DNA from: Chiloscyllium plagiosum | Lineage: Eukaryota | Length of the DNA stretch: 34,138 bases | Reading direction: 5' to 3' | NCBI RefSeq assembly: GCF_004010195.1 | Contig: NC_057754.1 | Span: 4,905,609 to 4,939,746, forward strand | Part shown: one piece after another, positions 10,871-20,196 of the stretch | How the letters are laid out: every line of letters begins with the position of its first letter | Position numbering within the stretch: the first letter of the stretch is position 1 | Made by a program: the position numbers and the translations under genes | The notes under the pieces: model-generated | Database searches by the model: none | Seen by the model: only the letters and a program-made list of their open reading frames with translations | What the model was told of the DNA's origin: nothing

Positions 10871-11416
10871 AATAAGAAAATGGAGCAAACTTAGGGCATT
10901 CAGCCCATCAAGTCTGTTCTACCATTTGATCATGGCTGATATGATTTTCAATCCTATTCTCCTGCTTTCACGCTGTAACCCTTGATCCCACTGCTAGTCA
11001 AGAACCTATCTATCTCTTTCTTAAATGCACTCAATGACTTGGCCTCCACAGCCTTCTGCTGCATTGGGTTCCACAGATTCATAATTCTCTGGCTGAAGAA
11101 TTTCCTTCTCAATTTAGTTCTAAAGATAGTCTAAGTCTTTACTCTAAGGCAGTCTGTTGGGCCCTAGTCTAGTGGAAAATTTTTTTCCATGTCCATTTGT
11201 CCAAGCCTCTCAGTATTTTGTAAGTTTCAAAGAGATCCCTCCTCATCTTTCTAAAATCCATCTTTGGACAGACCCAGAGTCCTCAACTGCCCCTCATATG
11301 ACATCCTTAACCCCCAGGATCATTCTTGGAAACCTCCTCTGGACATCCTCCAGGGTCAGTGCATCCTTAGATATGGGTACCAAAACTGCTCACAATATTC
11401 TAAATGCAGTCTGACC
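10871..11416 (-). mobile_element. CR1 3' portion inserted antisense into the older CR1
   Basis: Minus strand VRLHLEYCEQFWYPYLRM through the 3'UTR (tagggcattcagcccatcaagtctgttctaccatt on the + strand). The host reading resumes after accat. Confidence 0.85.
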
Positions 11417-12310
11417 ATGTGGTAGGCTCGAGTATAATGAAAACAAAATGAGAGATTGTCAGAAAGATATGGCAATAATCAGGAAATTTTAATCTACATC
11501 TGTACTAGAAAGATCAGATGAGTAAAGGTGACCTAGATGAACAGATAGAAGAACATGCTTTTATAATAGTTTCTTACAAGAGCACCTTCTGGAGCTATCC
11601 AGAGAGCAGGCTGTAATAGGTGTGATATTGTGCAATAAAATAGGAATAATTAATTACTTGGCACAGATGATGACCCTGAGAGGCAACTATCACAATATGA
11701 ATCTTACATTCAATTGAGGAAGGAAAGTGTTGGTCATAACTAATATTTTAAACTTAAATAGGGGAAATTGTGAAGGCATTAAAGCAGAACTTTAATGGAA
11801 ATGTGGGGGACAGAAAGCAGAAAACCCTTAAGCCAGTTATGTAAACATTTGTCAGGATGAAGATGTTTGAAGGTGTTATTAAAAACATTATATAGGGGCC
11901 CTTAGTGCCATTCAAGATAACCAAGCAAAGTTAAAATGGCTTTGTGAAAGGAAAATCATGTTTAACCAATTTATTCAAGTTCTTTGAAAAAATAATGTGC
12001 TGTAGATAAAGGGGAACCTGCGGATATACTGTACTTAGATTTCCAGAAGGTATTTGATTAGGTGCCATTAGTAGAGTAGCTTTTATTTGTCATTTCTAAC
12101 ATCTACAACTGAGAGAGTAAAAACAAGACAGTGTTCATTATCAAGGATTATTGTGAAAAATAAAACTTATGATGTCCGTGGTAACTTATCTGCCTGTTTA
12201 GAAAATTGGCTAGCTAACAGGAAACAGAGTAGACATTGAGGCATCACTTTCTTGTTGGCTAGATAAAATGAATGAATTCCACAGAGGTCAGTGTCTCAAC
12301 ATTTTACAAA

Positions 12311-12585
12311 GGTGTCACGTTGTTCTGTGATTAACACTGCTGCTGTTGATTCCATCCTCAGGTAACTATCTGTGTGGAGTTGGCACATTCTTCCCTTGTC
12401 TGTGTGAGTTTCCTCCAGGTGCTCCTGTTTCCTCTTGCTGTCCAAATATGTGCATGTTAGATGGATTAGCTGTGCTAAATTGTCCCATAGTGTCCAAGGA
12501 TTTGAAGGCTAGGCCATGGAAGATGTGGTGTAGACTTGCTGAGCTGAATGGCCTGCTTCCACATTGTAAGGATTCATTTATTTTA
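12311..12585 (+). mobile_element. HE1-type V-SINE (decayed)
   Basis: tctgtgtggagttggcacattcttccc..tttcctccaggtgctcctgtttcctc V-domain and a gctgaatggcctgcttccaca tail. Confidence 0.85.
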
Positions 12586-13104
12586 TAATTTATATAAGTG
12601 ACTTAGATGGAGGGACTGAAGATGAAGTTGCTAAATGTACTGAGATTATAAGGAATTTGGGTAGGTTGAGTGAGTGGGCAAGAATCTGGCAAATGGAGTA
12701 TAATGTGGGAAAATGTGAAATTGTTTTGGCATACAAACTAAAAATAAACGTTATCTAAACAGTGAGAGGCACAAGATATGTAGGCATCTGGTTATCCTTG
12801 TAAATGAATCAGAAAGGGTTGCAAACCAGATACAGCATATTTAGAAAAACTAATAGAATGTTATAATTTATTGTGAGGGGAATCAAATACAAACATAAAG
12901 ACGTTATGCTTCAGTTATTCAGGGCATGGTGAGACTCAATCTGGTGTAAGGTATTGGTCTCTACATTTTACTAGACTTAATACCTCAAGGGGTTGGATTG
13001 TCTTACGAGGAAAGATCGGACAAGCTATGTTTGTATCTACTAGAGTTGAGAAGAGGCACCTTGATTGAAGCAAGGAAGATGCTGAGGGGTATTGTCAGGA
13101 TGTA

Positions 13105-13278
13105 CAGAGGAATCTCAGTTATCCAAAGGACACAGGCGAGGAGTATTTCGTTTGGTTAATCAAATTCTGAATAATTGAATACTGGATAACATAGTTTAGC
13201 CAAGCATCGGGATCTTGTGATCTTGCCGGATAATCCGATATTTGGATAATCGAATGCTGGATAATTGAGGTTCCTCTG
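13105..13278. mobile_element. Tc1/mariner-pogo-type MITE (174 bp)
   Basis: TA TSDs at 13103-13104 and 13279-13280. 20-bp TIRs CAGAGGAATCTCAGTTATCC / GGATAATTGAGGTTCCTCTG with 2 mismatches. Repeated internal GGATAA subterminal motifs. Confidence 0.9.
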
Positions 13279-14584
13279 TACGTAGAATGGCTGTTTCCTG
13301 TTGTGGTGGTGTCTTTAGGATTGAGGTCTCCCATTTCAGACAGAGGTGAAGAATGATGAATTTTCTCTCAGGGGCATGAATCTTTGGAACTGTCTTCTTG
13401 AAAGACAGTGAAAGCATAATCTTTGAATATTTTTAAGGCAAAGATAAATAGATTCTTGATAAGCAAGTGTGTGAAGGGTTATAAATGGTAGGGGAGAATG
13501 CAGAGTCATTCAGATTAACCAGGATGTTCTTGAATTGCTGCACACATATTTCAAGACGCCGAGTCATTTTTTTACAACTCCTGATATGTATTTTTGTATT
13601 TATATAAGTGTTTTGAGGTGTTTTTGAAATAAGACTGGGTGCTTCAGAAACTTGGGTGTCTATTGGTTTATGATAAGAACATCTACAACTCCCTTGAACT
13701 GGGTGCTAACCATTATTACATAATGCATCAATTGTTAAAGCTATCAGTAAACAGACAGATATATTAGTAAGGGAACTCTGATAGCATTAGATATGAAATT
13801 TTCCATCCACTAAAAACTGCTTTGATTTAATTCAATTTAATGTAAGTTTCGGGATAGATGCAACCATTGGACAGAAATTAAAATTCAGTCCTCTTTATCA
13901 GGGTGTTCAATCAGAAACTGGATGGATTAATTAAGACAGGATGCTTAAGATGCTGCCAAGTAGTGAATACACCATAAAATCAAAACTCGTCAAGTCATTA
14001 TCATTGATCAGACACAGAGTTACTGGATTTACAGATTTTGATTTATTTACAATTACTTAATTTGTAAGTGGAGTTGCTTGGTGAGTTGTACAGATTGAAA
14101 GATTCCTCAGTTCCAGTTCTGTGTTGGATTAGCTGATTTGACATTGATTGGCTGTGGTGAAGCTATATTAAGAGTCACTGTCTCTGAACTAGGGAGTGGT
14201 CAGAATTAGTACTGTTATTGTCTATCCTGTTTTGACCTTGTGAGTATATGGATGACAGGTGAGAACTGGGTTGTCCAGAATTTGTGTACAAAATCAAAGA
14301 TTAAGCAAGATTTCTGAGTGTTGCTTGGACTGTGGAAAACCAACATAGCTTTTGGGGAAGTACAGAGAAAACGGAAATTGGAGAAGAAATTGTAACTTCA
14401 GAAGATTGTTGACAGAGGTTAATATAATTTGTATTATAAAATTGTATGTTTATACATATATGTGCTAGCTGTGTTTTTACAGTTGTATATTTGGAATCAG
14501 GTGAACATAATGGGAGTTTTGGAGTGTTCTGGATTGTAGCCATTCCCATAGCAAAGAAGTAACTATTTGGCTTTTGTTACTGTT

Positions 14585-14685
14585 TCAGAGCACTTTGCAG
14601 CCAATGAAATACTTACTAAATTATATTTATTATAGTATTGTAGGAAACGCAGAAACCAATTTGTGCATTGCAGGCTCCCATAGAT
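14585..14685 (-). mobile_element. Deu-type SINE 3' fragment
   Basis: agcactttgcagccaatgaaatactt..gtaggaaacgcagaaaccaatttgtgca, antisense to the tail at 26720-26840. Confidence 0.65.
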
Positions 14686-14735
14686 CAGACAGCTGGTATC
14701 TAGCCTAAACCTCAACTTGAAAAAATATCATGAAG

Positions 14736-16232
14736 TTACTTTTTGTCATTTATGTAAATGATTTGGATGTAAACATAGGAGGTATAGTTAGTAAGTTTGC
14801 AGATAACACCAAAATTGGAGGTGTAGTGTACAGCGAAGAAGGTTACCTCAGATGGGCCAATGAGATCTTGATTAGATGGGCCAATGAGGAATGGCACATG
14901 GAGTTTAATTTAGATAAATGGGAGGTGCTGCATTTTGGGAAACCAAATCTTAGCAGGACTTGTAAACTTAATGATAAAGTCCTAGGGAGTGTTGCTGAAC
15001 AAAGAGATCTTGGAGTGCAGGTTCATACCTCCTTGAAAGTAGAGTCGTAGATAGATAGGATAGTGAAGAAGTTTGGTATGCTTTTCTTTATTGGTCAGAG
15101 TATTGAGTATAGGAGTTGAGAGGTCATGTCCCGGCTGTGCAGGACATTGGTTAGGCCACTTTTGGAATATTGCATGCAGTTCTGATCTCCTTCCTATCAG
15201 AAGGATGTTGTGAAACTTGAAAAGGTTCAGAAAAGATTTACAAAGATGTTGCCAGGGTTGGAGGATTTGAGCTATAGGGAGAGGCTGAATAGGCTGGGGC
15301 TATTTTCCCTGGAGCGTCAGATGCTGAGGGATGACCTTATAGAGGTTTATAAAATCATGAGGGGCATGAATAAGATAAAAAGACAAGGTTCTGAATGTGG
15401 TTTGCTCACTGAGCTGGAAGGTTCATTTGCAGATGTTTAGTCACCCTGCTAGTTAACGTTGTGTCCTTCTTTATCTGCATGTAAGGATACTAGTATATGG
15501 ACATCAACTAGCTACAAAACGACGTGACCCTCACTAGTATCCTTACATACAGATACATACTAGGACAAGCCAAACAGAGACACACACAAGAATTCCTAGA
15601 AGCATGGCATTCCAACTGGAACTCTATCAACAAACACATCCAATTAGACCCCCATCTACCACCCCCTGAGAAAAAGAGCAGTAAATGACATCACCACAGG
15701 AAATGACATCACGGAAAATGACATCACCAACCCAAAGAAAACCAAACATATAAATAGAAAGCAGGAATTATCAGCAGTGCTTCGCCCGGAGGCCCACTGC
15801 AGATGTTACCTAGCAGGGTGACAAAACGTCTGGAAATGAACCTTCCAGCTCAGCGAGCAAACCTACGTCTAAAATTCAACCTGAGCTACAAATCTTCTCA
15901 AAACTTGCTAAATAGACAAGATCTTTTCCCTGGGGTGGGGGAGTCCAGAACTATAGGGCATAGGTTTAGGCTTAGAGGGGAAAGATATAAAAGATACTTA
16001 AGGTGCAACGTTTTCAAACAGAGGGTGGTGTGTGTGTGGAATGGGCTGACAGAGGAAGTGGTGGAGGCTAGTACAATTGCAACATTTAAAAGGATGTGTA
16101 TATGAATAGGAAGGCTTTGGCGGAATATAGGCCAGGTGCTGGAAAGTGGGACAAGATTGGGTTGGGATATCTGGTTGGCATGGACAAGTTGGACCGGAGG
16201 GTCTGTTGCCGTGCTGTACATATCTATGACTC
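14736..16232 (+). mobile_element. 5'-truncated CR1 (HER1-like) RT plus 3'UTR, split by a Penelope insertion
   Basis: LFVIYVNDLDVNIGGIVSKFADNTKIGG, WHMEFNLDKWEVLHFG, LVRPLLEYCMQF, LEKVQKRFTKMLPGL..DLIEVYKIMRG, then QDLFPGVGESRTIGHRFRLRG and a ctatgactct tail. Confidence 0.93.
15388..15908 (+). mobile_element. Penelope-like element 3' end (GIY-YIG C-terminus plus pLTR) with inverted 5' pLTR piece
   Basis: TSD taaa(a/t)agacaag at 15376-15387 and 15909-15920. HQLATKRRDP and ILGQAKQRHTQEFLEAWHSNWNSINKHIQLDP. Hammerhead-like cca-CTGCAGA-t-gttacc tagcag ggtgac-aaaa-cgtc-tgg at 15794-15833. 15397-15457 is the reverse complement of 15805-15866. Confidence 0.88.
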
Positions 16233-16377
16233 TGTGTCTCTAAGTCTGTCTGTTCTTGGAGGCTTATTTGCTCTCATTAAGTAGTAGGTGACTGACAGCC
16301 TCAAATCTTCATTGTGAGTTTTGCCAAGGAACCTAAATTTATATAGCTATTGCAGTATTGAATCATAGAATCCCTAT

Positions 16378-16554
16378 GTTAAAAATTACACACCAGGTTA
16401 TTCTCCAACAGGTTTAATTCACCTGATTCTTCGACAATCACCTGATGAAGGAGCGTCGCTCCGAAAGCTAGTGTGCTTCCAATTAAACCTATAACCTGGT
16501 GTTGTGTGATTTTTAATTTTGTACACCCCAGTCCAACACCGGCATCTCCAAATC
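16378..16554 (+). mobile_element. Non-autonomous Penelope-like mini-element with 12-bp TSD
   Basis: TSD tagaatccctat at 16366-16377 and 16555-16566. Partial inverted terminus at 16378-16419, and the full terminus ends ccagtccaacaccggcatctccaaatc. Confidence 0.87.
16439..16473 (+). ncRNA. Minimal type I hammerhead ribozyme motif, intact core, sense to the host gene
   Basis: CAC-CUGAUGA-A-GGAGC GUC GCUCC-GAAA-GCUA-GUG. Stem I is CAC/GUG, stem II is 5 bp, stem III is the palindrome AGCU, with predicted cleavage after CUA (16470). Confidence 0.8.
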
Positions 16555-17468
16555 TAGAATCCCTATAGTATGGAAGCAGGCCATTTGGCTCATCGAGTCC
16601 ACACTGCCCCTCAGAAGAGCATTCCACCCAGAACCACACCCACACTCCTGCACCTCTGCATTTCCCATTGCTAATCCACCTAGCCTATCCATCTCTGGAT
16701 GTTATGGGCAATTTAGTACGGCCAATGCATCTAACCTGCACACCTTTGTATTATGGGAAGAAACCGGAGTACCTGGAGGAAACCCATGCAGAGAATGTGC
16801 AAACTACACACAGATAGTCGCCCAAAGGTTGAATCGAACCAGGGTCCCTGGCGCTGTGAGGCAGCAGTGATAACCATTCAGCTGTCCCATTTGAATACTG
16901 AGCAATGAAAATGTTTCGTACCTTCAGAAAAGTTATTGGCAAAAGTAACCTCTAGAGAATTAAATCAATAATTAAATAAATAGTAAGAAAACAAAAATGT
17001 TGAAGATTTCTAACCTGTAGTAGCAGTGGACTGTATTGTTTATAATTAAACCATTTTGGAATAAAAAAGTATCAGAGTTGGAGGGAGACTCAATGTATGT
17101 TGCCTTTCCTGAAATTTTTAGGATCAACCATTTCTACCAGCAATAATTGCTTTAAAAATATGCTGAGAAGTGTGGGAGAGTCAGTAGTGCAGAAGTGCAC
17201 TTTTCTTTGGCAGTGTTGAGTGATTTGTAGTAACTTATCCACCTAAAAGCCGTTGAATGTAAAGTGAGACAAAGGCAATTATACTGTTGCTTTTGAGTAT
17301 TCCACAATGGACTGTGTCATCTTACTTTTGAATGTAGAATTATTTCATAGCACCCATCTCAACACCGTGTTTTCTGTTACAGCACATACCCAATCATTTC
17401 TATCTAAAGCAAGTAGTAAGAATTTAGTGATTATTTCTGATCAATTTTAAATAGTATTGTGATTATGA

Positions 17469-17868
17469 TGCCTAAACATGGGAGATTCCCAGTACAAGAT
17501 ACGTTATTTCCCCATTGGTAATTTATCAAAGATATTTATGTGACTTCTTCTCATATTCCTGGGCTCTTCCAAATCACTTGATGGGTGGGAGCAAAGAAAT
17601 GGTATTAATTGGATAGCTTTGCCAAAGAACCTGCAGCAGTGCAGTGGATCACATGGTCTCCAGTTGCCTAAACATGGGAGATTCCCAGTACAAGATACTG
17701 TTATTTCCCTGTTTAGACCATTGGTAGTTTAACAAAGATATTTATGTGGCTTCTTCTCATATTCCTGGGCTATTCCAAATCAGTTGGTGGGTGGGAGCAA
17801 AGAAATGGTATTAATTGGATAACTTTGCCAAAGGACCTGCAGCATTGCAGTGGGTCAAATTGTCTCCA
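17469..17868. repeat. Local tandem duplication, two copies of ~200 bp
   Basis: Units 17469-17664 and 17665-17868 both start tgcctaaacatgggagattcccagtacaagatac and end gtctcca; roughly 90% identical by eye with small indels. Confidence 0.95.
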
Positions 17869-19037
17869 TCTGCATTGCACATTGCTGTTATTCTTCGACT
17901 TTCTGAGCACTAGATGTCTATTGCATACAAGCACGGATGCGCACAGTAAAATCCTTCACACAGCAAATGAGCAAGGACATCAAATGGATTTCAGGGCAAG
18001 TGATCAGATTTTATTGAGGGGTGACTGTTGGCCAGTGCTCGAACGGAACGCCTTACTTCCAACCATCACTGGATGAGTAATCCAAAGGCCAAGTCCAATT
18101 CAATGCTAAACTGTCATGTAAGATGGTCTGCTTCTCAGCCCAGTGGAATCTTAGTTCCTGTTAGCTTCCTGCTTTGTTCAACCATCCATATAAAAAAAAC
18201 AACCTTCTGCCTGTAATATGAGACTCGCTCAGCAAGCTCTGCCCTGTCTTTTATTGAGCCAAGCCCTTTGGCAAACAGGTGTGTGTTCATCACCATTCCA
18301 AATTGCAACTGACATTGCACTTGTTCCAACTAATTAGATTTTTGCTTCTGTAAGCAGCATTGTCATACACCATAAATGATGAAACATAGTTGACTACTAA
18401 ATTGTTTCAAAAACTTTACATTGCATCAGCAAAAGTCTGTAGAAATAGGATGGCAAAGCCTCTACTGTTCCCTTGACAGTTGTGTGGTGAATTTAGTCTT
18501 TTGTTCAAACTTCTTGTTGTGTCTCATGTTGTTGTTAATGGCAAATGTCTGACATGGCAAGGAACTTGTTTTATATTGACTTGGTGTAGCAAAATGGCTT
18601 ATACTGAGAGTCTAATTTTTTGTCCAGTTATCTGAAAGCACTGATTCATTCTAGAGATGTACTTTTGTCGCTGCTACCTGTTCTCTTGTTCCTTGCCCAA
18701 ATAAACCCTGTCTGTTGAGCAAATGTGTATGTAGTGACAGTGTCAGCAGGATATTTGATTGTGGATGACATCACATCTGAGCACAACCTTGTCTTCACCT
18801 TTTATTCATATGGAGCTATATTACAGTCAGGTTTTGGCAGATAGTGCAGTGGTCCTGAAGACACGTTTACTGTTCCTGAAGCTGTTGTGCTAGAGATCAT
18901 CTGGCTCAGTTCAAGCCACAATGCTGGTCTTTGTGTCTTAGTGCTTTGCTGGGTGGTAACTTAGCATCAGGAAGGCTCATTACTGTTTATGACTTGTTAG
19001 AGTTTTTTCTATAGCTAAGAGAACCAAAGTTATTGTT

Positions 19038-19140
19038 TAGTAGAAGGGTCACTGGACTTGAAATGTTAGTTCTGCTTTCTTTCTAAAGATGCTGCCAGAC
19101 CTGTTGAGAATCTCCAGCAATTTCTGTTTTTTGTTTTAGA
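19038..19140 (+). mobile_element. Penelope-like pLTR fragment (decayed hammerhead)
   Basis: agaagggtcactggacttgaaatgttagttctgctttct..gatgctgccagacctgttgag; same family as 1483. Confidence 0.72.
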
Positions 19141-19249
19141 ATTAATGCTTGCTTGATCAGCAATTCTTGTCCAAGTGGTGAAGAAAATGATCACTGTACT
19201 GATTTCTATATCAAATACAGATATTAAGCGCAAGTGCATCAACAAGAAA

Positions 19250-19413
19250 TCATAGTTGATCTGTTGCCTAACTCCAAACACCGGCCTTTGGCTCATATCC
19301 CTTAATACCTTTGCTTAACAAGAGTGTGTCTATCTCAGATTTAAAATTAACAACTGATCTCGCATTAACTGCCATTTGTGGAAGAGAGTTCAGACCTCTG
19401 TCACTTTCTGTGT
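19250..19413 (-). mobile_element. CR1 3' fragment
   Basis: Minus strand NSLPQMAVNARSVVNFKSEIDTLLLSKGIKGY. Confidence 0.82.
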
Positions 19414-19811
19414 GGCTATACATTTTGGAAAGCAGCGAACAGCCTTGTTCAACTGTTGTCATATTACTTAGAGAACATTACATGCTATTATAAGGTTGGT
19501 CAAGAGGAGTTTAACTTAAAACCAGTTTGGGATAAGAGATTAAACCCCAAGAACTGTCTTCCTCTTCATTATTTTGGGTTTCAGATACTGCTATGATTTA
19601 GTGCACTTTCACAGCTGGCAACCAAAGGTGTTCATTCTGTTGCTAAGTGCATTGCATTAATTAAATCTGTTGAAACTTTTATAATTAGTTGGGAAGTCTT
19701 AAACAATCCAACAGTTACCATTGTATTTTCATCTGCCACGTACCTAATTATACAGATTAAAGGTGACCAAGAAATTTAAATTTAGACACTACCGATAGTT
19801 TATTTGACAAC

Positions 19812-19899
19812 TTGGGTATATGAATAGGAAGGGTTTGGGGGGATATGGGTCAGGTGCTGACAGGTTGGACTAGACTGGGTTGCAATATCTGGTCGGCAT
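19812..19899 (+). mobile_element. CR1 3' fragment truncated by a Penelope insertion
   Basis: gggtatatgaataggaagggtttggggggatatgggtcaggtgctg..atctggtcggcatg, matching 16097-16181. Confidence 0.85.
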
Positions 19900-20186
19900 G
19901 TAGTCTAGGTAGCTGTGGGAGTCGGTCGGTTTATAGTAAATGTCCATGTTGATTCGGTCGCCCGAGATAGAAATGGAAAGGTCTAGGAAGGGGAGGGAGG
20001 AGTCTGAGACGGTCCAGGTGAATTTGAGGTCGGGGTGGAAGGTGTTGGCAAAGTGGATGAACTGTTCAACCTCCTCGTGGGAGCATGAGGCAGCGCCGAT
20101 ACAGTCATCGATATAGCGGAGGAAAAGGTGGTGCCAGTGTAGCTGCGGAAGATGGACTGTTCCACATATCCTACGAAGAGGCACAT
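19898..20186 (-). mobile_element. Penelope-like RT fragment (little decayed)
   Basis: CLFVGYVEQSIFRSYTGT / HLFLRYIDDCIGAASCSHEEVEQFIHFANTFHPDLKFTWTVSDSSLPFLDLSISISGDRINMDIYYKPTDSHSYLDY, with the RYIDD catalytic motif and the LPFLD and YKPT motifs of PLE RTs. Confidence 0.92.
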
Positions 20187-20196
20187 ATCCTACGAA

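Larger units (their letters stand above)
10565..13600 (+). mobile_element. Old CR1 ORF2 (EN to RT to 3' end) hosting nested insertions
   Basis: Collinear decayed motifs: GGVAL-like (10707), FNL (11488), GFVKGKSCLTNL (11937), LYLDFQKVFD (12029), WARIWQMEYNVGKCE (12674) and a 3' tail near 13580. Interrupted at 10871-11416, 12069-12137, 12311-12585 and 13105-13278. Confidence 0.82.
16360..16888 (-). mobile_element. HE1-type V-SINE with a Penelope-like mini-element inserted in its tail
   Basis: Minus-strand head with B box ggttcgattc (16830-16845), V-domain, and tail catagaatccctat duplicated around the insertion. Confidence 0.88.
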
